A DNA stretch of 64,000 bases, from NCBI GenBank assembly GCA_963843555.1, contig CAWJKV010000010.1, positions 64,001 to 128,000 of the forward strand. Direction: 5' to 3'. Positions 43,412 to 52,860 of the stretch are shown here, piece by piece. Source of the DNA: an uncultured Methanosarcinales archaeon (GTDB taxonomy: Archaea; Halobacteriota; Methanosarcinia; Methanotrichales; Methanotrichaceae). A program made the translations under genes and the position numbers. The notes under the pieces were generated by a model. It worked only from the letters and a program-made list of their open reading frames with translations. It made no database searches and was not told the origin of the DNA. Position 1 is the stretch's first letter; each line of letters opens with the position of its first letter.

Positions 43412-44908
43412 GTGGGTATTTTGATCGTAACTGCTTCACGGTATAATATATTAGTCCCTCTTAAAAGTGGAGGTTGTCTTGCCTACAACTCACTGAATGG
43501 TGGCATGGCACTATGGGAACCGCACGATCTCGAGATATTTGAAAGCATTAGAAGAGGGGTCACGATAGGAGAGACTGATGCCTCTCTGAAGGATTTAATC
43601 AATGGCGGTTTTGCATTTCCGGGATACGTAGACGAAGTTGAGGTTCTCGATCAGCAATACCGCAAGCATCGATTCGATCGCAGCACCATGATCCTCACCA
43701 TCGCCCCTACCGTTGGATGCAACTTTGGTTGTGATTACTGCTTCCAGGGTGAGAAAAAGAATGATGAATCAATGAGCAAAGATATACAGAATCGAATTGT
43801 TGGCCTTATAAAACGTGTATCCCCTGGGCTGAAGCGACTGCATGTGGCCTGGTATGGAGGCGAACCTCTGCTCAGGCTGAAGATAATCGAGAATCTGTCC
43901 GACCATTTCATCTCTTTTTGCGACGGTCACGCCATCCAATACGACTCAATGATGGTCACCAATGGATATCTTCTTCGCCCGAACGTGGCCAGATCTCTTC
44001 ATGTTCACCGGGTAAAGACGGTTCAGATCACCCTGGACGGACAGCAGATCTATCATGACTCCCGCAGGCCTCTGCTCTCAGGCGGGCCGACCTTTGATCA
44101 TATATTAAAGAATATTAAATCGGTAGTGGATGAGGTCCCCATCAATTTCAGCATCCGGGTGAACATCGATTCTCGCAACGTCGCAGGAATCCACGGGCTT
44201 ATCGAGAACCTGGCAGAGATGGGCCTGGGTAACAAGAGAAATTTTAAACTATATTTTGCACCCATAGAGGCGACAACTGAGGCATGTCATAGCATCGCCG
44301 GGGCATGTATGCCCAAGGGGGAATACGGCGCTCTGGAGGCCGACTTATACCGGCTCGGGTTCGAATCAGGTCTCACAGTTCTCCCCTATCCACCAAGGTT
44401 CAGAGGGAGCTGCGGGGCAGTCCGCCCCACGGGTCTGGTGCTGCTTCCTAATGGAGATATTCATAAGTGCTGGCACGCTGCAACAATCAAGGAAAGGCGT
44501 GTAGGTACCCTCTTTGATCTTGATGCTCTTAATCAGGATCAATTGCTGCGAGAGTGGCTGTTATGGAATCCTTTTGAGATCAGTGGTTGTCGGAACTGCA
44601 AAATCCTTCCCAATTGTGCAGGTGGCTGCGGGTATAAATTCCTTTATTCTGAGGATTCCAAGGGAGAAGGGGCAACTCTCCCGTGTATCAGCTGGAAGTA
44701 CAACATCAATGAGATGTTGATCCTCAGAGCAATAAAATTGGGAATTATTAATGCGGATGATTATGATCCGGCAGCCATAGCGACCGATGAATCGATGCTG
44801 CAAGTGGATCTGGAGCATTGCAGATCACTGATAACAACTGACCCAGAGTCAACGGCAACCTGCAATTTGGTGTCTGAATCAGAATGTGAAACTGTATCTC
44901 AGGTATGA
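43412..44908 (+). CDS. Radical SAM/SPASM domain peptide/protein maturase
   Basis: CNFGCDYC (CxxxCxxC), WYGGEP, SPASM GSCG...GDIHKC...CRNCKILPNCAGGC...C; N-terminal SRYN...YNSLNG RRE-like region. Confidence 0.92.
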   Translation: MGILIVTASRYNILVPLKSGGCLAYNSLNGGMALWEPHDLEIFESIRRGVTIGETDASLKDLINGGFAFPGYVDEVEVLDQQYRKHRFDRSTMILTIAPTVGCNFGCDYCFQGEKKNDESMSKDIQNRIVGLIKRVSPGLKRLHVAWYGGEPLLRLKIIENLSDHFISFCDGHAIQYDSMMVTNGYLLRPNVARSLHVHRVKTVQITLDGQQIYHDSRRPLLSGGPTFDHILKNIKSVVDEVPINFSIRVNIDSRNVAGIHGLIENLAEMGLGNKRNFKLYFAPIEATTEACHSIAGACMPKGEYGALEADLYRLGFESGLTVLPYPPRFRGSCGAVRPTGLVLLPNGDIHKCWHAATIKERRVGTLFDLDALNQDQLLREWLLWNPFEISGCRNCKILPNCAGGCGYKFLYSEDSKGEGATLPCISWKYNINEMLILRAIKLGIINADDYDPAAIATDESMLQVDLEHCRSLITTDPESTATCNLVSESECETVSQV

Positions 44909-44944
44909 TTCGTTTTATCAAAAATCTGAAAGAGGTGGAAAGAA

Positions 44945-46006
44945 ATGAAATATATTACGCAGCCTGTAATAGACGGTGCGACAAATTTCCCTGGACAGAA
45001 TGCCCAGAAGATGTACTCCGTGACATGCGTCAATAGTGGATTGGTGGCAAGCCTTAACGGCAATGCTGTGGAGCTGGTCCAGAAGAACTGGAAAGAAGAC
45101 CCGACTCAGCAGTGGAGGTTCGAGCCTCTATCAGGGCAAAACAGCGGCTACTATCGAATTGTCTCTATGGTGAACGGAAAAGTATTGAGCCTGCAAGGAG
45201 AAACAGACGTCATCGTTGATGCCTGGAAGGATGCTCCCTTGGGTCAATGGAAATTGATCAACCTGGGATATGGCAAGTTCAGGATAGAATCCAGGGCGAA
45301 TGGGGGAATTCTGGATGTCATGGGCTCATCCATGAGTGAGGGGGCAAAGATCAATCTTTATAAACCTGTGGCCAAGACCACCCTGAAGGCTGCCATCTAT
45401 GAGCACGCAAACTATCAAGGTCGAAGCCAGGAGCTGGGCCTGGGAAAATATGACATCAATCATCTCACGATAGGCAATGACGTTCTGAGTTCTCTCAAGG
45501 TGCCAAAAGGGTTAAAGGTCACCCTTTACGAGCACGCCGGCTTCCAGGGAAGGATCAAGAGCTTCACAGCGGATACCGCTTATGTGGGCAACGATTTCAA
45601 TGACATAACCTCGTCGATCGTGGTCGAAGAAGACGGAAAAAGCGTTACCATATATGAGCACGCCAATTATCAGGGAAGAAGTCAGATGCTGGGCGTCGGA
45701 AAGCATGATATGGGCAGTCTCTTCGCAAACGACATTTTGAGCTCCTTGAAAGTGCCCACCGGTTTCGTCGTCACGATCTTTGAGCATGCCGGCTTCCAGG
45801 GAAGGAGTAAGAGCTTCACGGCGGATACCGCTTATGTGGGCAACGATTTCAATGACATAACCTCCTCCATAGTTGTCGACTATAAAGAGGGCACCAGCCT
45901 CAGCCAGCAATGGATGCTTGCGGATATTGTTGTTAATAAACTAGAATCCACATACAACAAAAGCGCAATCATTTATGAACATGCAGTTAGTTCTATGTCG
46001 TGCTGA
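44945..46006 (+). CDS. Ricin-type beta-trefoil / beta-gamma-crystallin mosaic protein, C-terminally truncated
   Basis: QQW/GQW ricin repeats; four Greek-key motifs (YEHANYQG...NDVLSS, YEHAGFQG...NDITSS); ends just after the start of a further motif (AIIYEHA). Confidence 0.85.
   Translation: MKYITQPVIDGATNFPGQNAQKMYSVTCVNSGLVASLNGNAVELVQKNWKEDPTQQWRFEPLSGQNSGYYRIVSMVNGKVLSLQGETDVIVDAWKDAPLGQWKLINLGYGKFRIESRANGGILDVMGSSMSEGAKINLYKPVAKTTLKAAIYEHANYQGRSQELGLGKYDINHLTIGNDVLSSLKVPKGLKVTLYEHAGFQGRIKSFTADTAYVGNDFNDITSSIVVEEDGKSVTIYEHANYQGRSQMLGVGKHDMGSLFANDILSSLKVPTGFVVTIFEHAGFQGRSKSFTADTAYVGNDFNDITSSIVVDYKEGTSLSQQWMLADIVVNKLESTYNKSAIIYEHAVSSMSC
45388..45880 (+). repeat. Intragenic tandem duplication of two crystallin domains
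   Basis: Near-identical GAGCA(C/T)GCCGGCTTCCAGGGAAGG...GCGGATACCGCTTATGTGGGCAACGATTTCAATGACATAACCTC at about 45530-45612 and 45782-45864. Confidence 0.9.
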
Positions 46007-46932
46007 CATCGTTCCGAAATTTTGAGACTCTGCTGCCAAAGCTGGAAAGTGATCCCGTGAAGAACGGCATCAAGATATTCTATGAGGTAAAGACCAATCT
46101 CAATCGTCACCAGATCAAGGCTCTGGCGGATGCAGGCATCATTTACCTGCAGCCCGGGATTGAAAGCCTTTCCACTCACCTGTTGCAGCTCATGGGCAAA
46201 GGAACCACTACCATTCAGAACCTCTCTTTCTTGAAATGTTGCCGTGACTATGGAATTTTTGTCTTCTGGAATAACCTCATTCGTCTGCCTGGAGAGAAGG
46301 AAGGGGACTATTTGGAGATGGAGGACTTGATACCGAAGATACATCATCTCTACCCACCAAGCGGAGGCGCAAAAAAGGTCGAATGCCATCGTTTCAGTCC
46401 TTACTTCTCAGGAAGGGCGAAGGGAGCGGAGAATCCACGGCCTCTATCCTGGTACTCTGCCCTTTATCCTGAAGGAAAAATTGACCAAAATCGGGTTGCT
46501 TACTACTTCGATGCCGATTGGACGAATACATTAGGGGATGATGCCTATGAGAGCGTAATCTCAAAGACCGGAGAATGGCTCCAAATCTGGCAAAAGGAGA
46601 TGTTTTTGCCGGAATTGAGGTATCAACTTCAGGCGGACGGAAGTGCAATAGTACTCGATACCAGACAAGGCAATCCCAAAGAAATCAAGTTCGATATTCC
46701 TGAGGCTGGTGTTCTTCAGGCCATCGAGGAACCGGCGAATATTGATACAATCAGCCGAACCTTAGGAGATAGAGCACTTTCAAAAGATGCCGTCGAGGAT
46801 ATCTTGCAGGGTTTCATCGAGTCCAACCTGGCATTTAAAGAGAGGGGGAGATATCTGGGCCTCGCTCTTAAGCATAATGCTAAAGACCTTCCCCATTCCC
46901 TGCGCTGCGGCTTTCTTCCTCAGGAGTATTAG
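45990..46932 (+). pseudogene. 3' portion of a RiPP-maturation cobalamin-dependent radical SAM C-methyltransferase (B12 domain and CxxxCxxC missing)
   Basis: FETLLPKL, FYEVKTNL, QPGIESLS, LMGKG, QNL..LK, WN, PGE, HLYPP, RFSPYF, AYYF motifs typical of this family; no N-terminal half. Confidence 0.8.
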
Positions 46933-48398
46933 TTGCCCCTAAGAGGTTCGGAAATCTTTGTGCATCTCCCCAATGCTATCACTGCCCCAGTGCCAGCCTT
47001 TCCCAGCTCCTCGCGCAGCACCTGTTCCAACTCCTCCTCTGCCACGGGAAGCCCCAGCAAGCGCGTCGGCGCCAGCACCTCCAAAAGGGCAATGAGATCG
47101 GGCGCTTCCTGGCCGCCGGTCATGGCAGCCACCTCGTTCTTAAGCACGATTACCAGAACCTCTCGTTTCTGCCAGACGGCATTGATCAGGGCCTGCAAAC
47201 CCGAATGCGCCAGAGCATAGTCCCCTATAATGGCGATGCCTTTTTTCCGGAAACCTGAGGCCACGCCTATAGAAGAGCCCAGACCGTAGACCACATCCAC
47301 CGATTCGTAGGGCTCTCTTGTGGCGTGAATGGAACATCCCGCATCCCCGGCCACAGCCACATCCAAATTTTTCAGTGCTCGGAAGAGGGGAATAAAGGGG
47401 CAATCCGGGCAGACACCAGCATAGCCGCGCTCCGCCACTGTCTCATAAGCCTGCAGGCCCTTTTCCGGCTCTTCGTCCAGATTCTTCAGAGCCTGCACGA
47501 TATCCGCTTTCTCTACGAGCCCCCGGGGCAGGTGGCCGGTGAGCTTGCCCAACACTTTGGGGCTCATGCCGAGCTGTGACTCGATGAAAGGCTCCGGTTC
47601 CTCTGCGACCAGGATCAAGCGATGGTCCTCGATGAAGCGGCTGAGCATCTTTCGAGGCAGCGGATTGGTGTAGGCTATAGAAAGAAGTGAGACCCCCAAT
47701 TCCTCCGCCAGCGCGGCAGGAAAGCCGCTGGCGATGATTCCTACCTTTTGAGGATTTTCATCCCTGCAGACCTGCATCCGGTTCAGGTTAGTGGACTCGC
47801 TGGCCACTTCTGCCTTGACCAGGATCTGATCATGATGCCTCTGGTGGCGGCCCTGCATGGTAAGCTCCGGGCACGCCTTCTCAAAGGCCTGGCCCGTTCC
47901 GGGAGAAGGCCGCGGCTGAATTGGAGGGCCCTCCATAGACAGAAGGCGTGGCGTGACCCGGACGATGACCGGTATTCTGAGCGGCTCGGAAAGGGCGTAG
48001 GCCTCAAGGATAGAGGCATGAAGGTGCCCAGGAGATCTGGGATCAAGCACCGGCAGTTCGGCCAACGGTCCATAGAATCGGCTGTCCATCTCTGCCTGGG
48101 AGCGCCTGGGCCCCAGATCGTCGCCCGCAATTATAACCAGACCGGAACCAATGGTGTGCGTGGCCGAGATCACCATCGGGTCGGCGAGATTGTTCATGCC
48201 TACCTGCTTGACCAGGACCATGGAACGCAGGCCCGTCGCCGAACCGCCCAGAGCAATCTCCAGGGCTACCTTCTCATTTACTGAGATTTCCGCCTTCAGC
48301 GCTGCAGCGAGATCGGTTATGGGATAGCCGGGAACGTAGGTCCGAACCTTCGCCCCGGCATCATCTGCGGCTAAGAGTACGGCATCCTGACCGTTCAT
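46929..48398 (-). CDS. TPP-dependent IorA-like enzyme lacking the C-terminal ferredoxin domain
   Basis: PGYPIT, NEKVALE, KQVG, GDD...SQ, CPDCPF, GDAGC, IGDYALAHSG, MTGGQ. Confidence 0.85.
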   Translation of the reverse strand: MNGQDAVLLAADDAGAKVRTYVPGYPITDLAAALKAEISVNEKVALEIALGGSATGLRSMVLVKQVGMNNLADPMVISATHTIGSGLVIIAGDDLGPRRSQAEMDSRFYGPLAELPVLDPRSPGHLHASILEAYALSEPLRIPVIVRVTPRLLSMEGPPIQPRPSPGTGQAFEKACPELTMQGRHQRHHDQILVKAEVASESTNLNRMQVCRDENPQKVGIIASGFPAALAEELGVSLLSIAYTNPLPRKMLSRFIEDHRLILVAEEPEPFIESQLGMSPKVLGKLTGHLPRGLVEKADIVQALKNLDEEPEKGLQAYETVAERGYAGVCPDCPFIPLFRALKNLDVAVAGDAGCSIHATREPYESVDVVYGLGSSIGVASGFRKKGIAIIGDYALAHSGLQALINAVWQKREVLVIVLKNEVAAMTGGQEAPDLIALLEVLAPTRLLGLPVAEEELEQVLREELGKAGTGAVIALGRCTKISEPLRGN

Positions 48399-49294
48399 GG
48401 CATCCCGGGAACGATTGCATCATCCGGCCGGGCACAGAAGGGCAATGCCGCTACGGCTCCAATCAGCCCCTGACCGTTCATGAGAATCTGCACGCCCGCC
48501 TCGCCCGCGGCTTGCAGAGCATCCTCGTACTGCACTCTCTCCATCTTGCATCTCTGGCCAAAGGGCAGGAGCTCGGAGGGATCAAAATCCCTGAAGACGG
48601 CCATGCCCGTCTGCTCCGAGACGGAGTACTTGCGGAGCATTGCCTTGAAGTCGGAGAGCATGCCTTCTCCTCTTCCGGGCAGGCAGGCGAACTCCACCAC
48701 TGTTGAGACGCAGTTCTGGGTCTTGGTGGGCACAGGAAAGAGCTGCACCAGGGAATGTGAGAGGTAGCGCGCCTCGGGGCGATCGACTTTGCTCGATATA
48801 TTGTGAATCAAGGACCATGTCGCTCCCAGGGTCTTGGAGTCTGTATCATCCACACCGATGATCAATCTCTCTCTCCTGGGCAGGACTATGGTGCCCCGGG
48901 CGACGCGACCGCCACCGCATTCTGTTACATCATAGCGCAGGACATCGTCCGCCTTTGCCCTGGAGAGGGTAGCTCCCACGCCCCCGCCACCCAGGCCCGC
49001 ATAAGTCACCTCCACTTCCGGACCCAGCACCCTGACCGACTCTATTCCAGCAGATCTCCTGGAGGAGGCCAGATCCAGGTCGGCCTCGCCGGGCGAGATC
49101 ATGTAGCGGAACCATTCACCCAGGTTGCGTGAGCTCTGAACCAGGGGTCCCTTAGAGTAATGGTATCTGGCCCAGGCTGAGCCGCCGTAGCAGCTGGAGC
49201 GCTCCATGAGCTCAACATGTTTCTCCGCCGGATCAACTACGGCATGGATCTGCTTGTAGACCACCACATATGGATCTTCTAATTCTAGTTGCAC
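48395..49294 (-). CDS. mmp11: Methanogenesis marker protein 11 (TiaS N-terminal-like)
   Basis: DPYVVVY, CYGGSAW..YHY, GLGGGGVGA, IGVDDTD, QLFPVPTKTQNC, GLIGAVAA. Confidence 0.85.
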   Translation of the reverse strand: MQLELEDPYVVVYKQIHAVVDPAEKHVELMERSSCYGGSAWARYHYSKGPLVQSSRNLGEWFRYMISPGEADLDLASSRRSAGIESVRVLGPEVEVTYAGLGGGGVGATLSRAKADDVLRYDVTECGGGRVARGTIVLPRRERLIIGVDDTDSKTLGATWSLIHNISSKVDRPEARYLSHSLVQLFPVPTKTQNCVSTVVEFACLPGRGEGMLSDFKAMLRKYSVSEQTGMAVFRDFDPSELLPFGQRCKMERVQYEDALQAAGEAGVQILMNGQGLIGAVAALPFCARPDDAIVPGMP

Positions 49295-49349
49295 GCCTCA
49301 TTCCTTGGCTGAGCTCTCTGATAAGTTCTCCGATGAACTCAACGATGAA

Positions 49350-50684
49350 TCAATCCGTGTTGAATTCTCCGATTGCGCCTCTTGATCCATCTCTGTTGCC
49401 GGCAGTGCCCTTCACGCCCTTCATATATTCTCTCAATACCACTGTGGCGTAGCTTCCTTTGGGTAGCATGAACTCCAGCTCAGCAATATCTCCCTCGACA
49501 CTGATTTGAGGTTGGACGGGACATATTGCAGTCCGCCTTGTGCCTCGCGAGCCAAGATCTGCATTCTCCTCCACCCTGAAGTTCTCCTGGGAGACCCCCT
49601 CTTCCGCGAGGACAGCTCTCTCGATCTCGCCCTCTATGCCTTCTGCCAAAATCGTCTCAAAGCCGATAAGGGGCAGAGTTACAAATGCCCTGCCTCTCCC
49701 GGCCAGTCGGTTGACCGCTTCCAGGTTCTCTGAAGTAACCGCCTGTTGCTTATCCATATCCGGCAAACCCCCTCTGGCAAAGCAGACCACATCGCCCTCA
49801 ACGGCTCTGTCCAACGGCAGTTTTGCATCCAGCCTGCGGCTGAGGATCTTATTGAAGAGATATGACTGGTAAGCGTGCAGAAAGAGCCGCTTCAGATTGA
49901 CGGAAAGAACATCAAAGGATTGAGCATAATCACCGGGGTGCTCCGCCAGGTAGTTGAGCATAGCCATTTCATGGTGCAGGTACGCAGGAAAGCCGTTCAG
50001 GGCGGTTGGGATATCTCGACTCGCCCATAGCTCTTCGCGAGCCACTCTGGTCCTATCTGGCTCGCCGGAAAAGGGCAAGGCCAGATAGATATAAACCGCT
50101 TCTTCAATCTTGCCTCTCGCCAGAGCCTCGCCCACTTTATGGGTCACTGGCCTCGTGTCCCCGAACCTCTGCACGCCGAAGTAGTTGGGAACGCCCTTTT
50201 GCTGCACTATCTCCTCGGTGATGCGGGCCAGAATGGCAGTCGGCTCAGGGCAGGCGAGCTCTCGAATGGTGATGCGAAAACGATTGCCTAGCAGATCTCC
50301 CAGGCCCACAGAGCGGTTCGTCCTTCCCAGCACCCTTATTTTCAGGTCAGGCAAAGTGATCCTCTTCAGCTCCGCTTCATCCAGGTTCATGATGCTGATC
50401 CTCTGGACCGTCACCGCCCGCTTGTCCTTGGTCCCGGCCCAGCCGAATCTCTTCTGGCTGATGCGAAGTCTCCTGGACATCTCCCGGATGAGGTGGTGGG
50501 TATCCCAATCGGTCTTCTCCACTTCCAATACCAGGTACCTTCCGCCTTCGTAGTTCTGCTCCTCGAAGACTTCATCCACCAGGAAGTCTTCTGGACAGCT
50601 TCTGATAACGCCACCACAGCCAGGGCTGTTTGTAATGTAGTAATCCATACCCAGGAATCGATCCTGATCTGTTGCGGGTATCAT
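49350..50684 (-). CDS. truD: tRNA pseudouridine(13) synthase
   Basis: PEDFLVDE, AGTKDKRAVT, GNRFRI, PNYFGVQRFG, LPKGSYAT. Confidence 0.96.
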   Translation of the reverse strand: MIPATDQDRFLGMDYYITNSPGCGGVIRSCPEDFLVDEVFEEQNYEGGRYLVLEVEKTDWDTHHLIREMSRRLRISQKRFGWAGTKDKRAVTVQRISIMNLDEAELKRITLPDLKIRVLGRTNRSVGLGDLLGNRFRITIRELACPEPTAILARITEEIVQQKGVPNYFGVQRFGDTRPVTHKVGEALARGKIEEAVYIYLALPFSGEPDRTRVAREELWASRDIPTALNGFPAYLHHEMAMLNYLAEHPGDYAQSFDVLSVNLKRLFLHAYQSYLFNKILSRRLDAKLPLDRAVEGDVVCFARGGLPDMDKQQAVTSENLEAVNRLAGRGRAFVTLPLIGFETILAEGIEGEIERAVLAEEGVSQENFRVEENADLGSRGTRRTAICPVQPQISVEGDIAELEFMLPKGSYATVVLREYMKGVKGTAGNRDGSRGAIGEFNTD

Positions 50685-50712
50685 ATCGGCTCCAGAGATG
50701 CAAAAGATGATT

Positions 50713-51066
50713 TCAGACGAGCTTGAGCTTGCCTGTTACTTTATCCATCAGCTTATTATGGGCAGGGCCCAGGCCCAGAGCAGTTATGGTGCCGGCAGGA
50801 ATCTCTGTCAAGCCGGCATCGGCAACAATGGCGCTGGGAATGCCGGCCCTTTCCGCATCCTCTCGCAGCCGGAAGAGATCAGGGACCCCAGGCACTTTCA
50901 GGATCACCTTTTTTTGGCCTTCTGCCTTCCAGCTTGAGACCGCCGACTTATCCATTTTTTCTGCCCTCTCCACAGCCATGACTGCGGCATGAGCTACCTG
51001 CACGGCCAGCTTTCCTGCCGAGAGCTTCAGATCCTCTCTAATTACTATGCATTGTTTGAAATCCAT
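50713..51066 (-). CDS. pth2: Peptidyl-tRNA hydrolase Pth2
   Basis: DLKLSAGKLAVQVAHA, GQKKVILK, DAGLTEI, LGLGP. Confidence 0.96.
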   Translation of the reverse strand: MDFKQCIVIREDLKLSAGKLAVQVAHAAVMAVERAEKMDKSAVSSWKAEGQKKVILKVPGVPDLFRLREDAERAGIPSAIVADAGLTEIPAGTITALGLGPAHNKLMDKVTGKLKLV

Positions 51067-51125
51067 AAAAGGATGACCTCACTGTGAATCAGAAACTCTG
51101 AGTGTCGGAAAAAGAGGCGAGAATG

Positions 51126-52460
51126 TTACGCCTCTTTGGTGAGCACCTTGACACAAGAAGGACTCTTGACGATATTGCCCATCTTCGCACCGATGAGGTA
51201 CTCCAGGCCCTTATCGGCTGCAATATCCAGGACGCGCTGCGTCACTACGCCGTCGAAGATCACGCCGTTGACCTCTCCGTTGGATTCCTTCAGCTCTCTG
51301 GCCAGATCCCTAACTGCGACCTCTTTGAGGACGTTCTGGTTCCTGTCCAGGAGCCTGGCACATAGGGTGCCATCCAATTCCTCCATATGCTTTCTGAACC
51401 ATTCCTTCACCGGCTCGGGCTCAGGAATAGGCTCAGGAGCCGCGACAACGATCTCTTCCACGACGGGAACGGGTGCTGCCTTCGGTACGACCTCACGGGG
51501 CATGACCCTGCGTGGTGCGATGGCTTCCGCCCTTTCGGCGGTGGTTCGAACGCATAGGGGCTTCTCGCGGATGAGGCTCTTTCTCTTGGTGGTGATTTCG
51601 CGCCTTCTCTTGGGTTGGTTCTTGATCTTGTATTGATCCAGCACCTGCTCGACAGGGATCTTCTGGCGCAAAGCCCGAACGATCTCCTTCTGAGTCATAT
51701 CCTCTACGCTTTTGCCCTCTGGTGCCCTGGCCACATAATCGATGTCTGCAACCTGGAGAAGCTCTTTTACAATCAGTTCCCCTCCCCTGTCGCCATCAGT
51801 GAAGGCGGTAACGACCTTCTTGGCACAGAGGTCAGCGATAGTGGGAGGCACATTTGTTCCGCCCACAGCCACGGCGTTCTTGATGCCGTACTTGAGCAGA
51901 TTGAGCACATCGGCACGGCCCTCAACCACCAGGATGGCATCCGAGTCCACCACATTGGGACCGGCAGGCAGATTGTCCTTGCCCAGATGGGTTATCTCCT
52001 CCACGCGCACGGACTGCTTTATCTCCTCGGTGATCTCTTCCGTCTCCAGGATGTTCTCATCAAACATCTCCACCAGGATGCGCTTGGCCCTTTCAATGAC
52101 ATACCTCCTCTTGGAGGCACGCACATCTTCGATGCGGTTGACGGCGATACGAGCGATGCAGGGCCCTACGCGGTCTATGGTCTCCAGAGCTGCAGCCAAA
52201 ATAGCCGTCTCGACCTTATCGAAACTGGACGGAATAGAGATGGTGCCGCTGGACTTTCCTCCGCTGGATGTAATCTGGACGTCGATCCTGCCCAACCTCC
52301 CTGTTTTTTGAAGGTCTCTCAAGTCGAGGTCGCTTCCCAGAAGGCCTTCGGTCTGGCCGAAGATGGCGCCGACCACATCCGGCCGCTCCACTATCCCCTC
52401 CGCTGTTATATCCGCATAAATAACATATTTAGTTGTATCAACATTTTGCATGTATGACAC
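51126..52460 (-). CDS. dnaG: Archaeal DnaG (primase-like, exosome-associated)
   Basis: [43 protein letters not shown]. Confidence 0.96.
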   Translation of the reverse strand: MSYMQNVDTTKYVIYADITAEGIVERPDVVGAIFGQTEGLLGSDLDLRDLQKTGRLGRIDVQITSSGGKSSGTISIPSSFDKVETAILAAALETIDRVGPCIARIAVNRIEDVRASKRRYVIERAKRILVEMFDENILETEEITEEIKQSVRVEEITHLGKDNLPAGPNVVDSDAILVVEGRADVLNLLKYGIKNAVAVGGTNVPPTIADLCAKKVVTAFTDGDRGGELIVKELLQVADIDYVARAPEGKSVEDMTQKEIVRALRQKIPVEQVLDQYKIKNQPKRRREITTKRKSLIREKPLCVRTTAERAEAIAPRRVMPREVVPKAAPVPVVEEIVVAAPEPIPEPEPVKEWFRKHMEELDGTLCARLLDRNQNVLKEVAVRDLARELKESNGEVNGVIFDGVVTQRVLDIAADKGLEYLIGAKMGNIVKSPSCVKVLTKEA

Positions 52461-52860
52461 CTCTTGTTTTAAAATAGTTAGATAAAAGTCACACCAACAC
52501 TCAGAGAGCCAAAGCTATTAGCAGACCAACAGGAGCTGATTCGCGACCTATTGTCGCAATTCGACTACGCCTATAATAAGGCAGGCAGTGAGCAGTGAAT
52601 GATGGTGAATGTGAGTTTATCCAACTATTTCAGTATCCATTTGTCAATATCATGGAATATATGATAGAAATGCCCACATATGAGCGTTCTTTTCTCCATT
52701 TTGCTGGCATTTCATCGCCCCAAGTTTCACTTAGGACTTAATTATCATGTGATGCGAAGCTCAAATGCGTACTTCTACCACTTAAAATTGCACGAAACTA
52801 GTTTATGAACTTTGTGGTGGAGATTGAGGTCTCCAGCTTATTCAAGATATATAAAAGTTC

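Noticed and set aside
52630..52710. 26-aa ORF MPAKWRKERS... as ribosomal protein eL41
   Set aside because: Only the first few residues resemble eL41; the poly-Arg/Lys body is absent.
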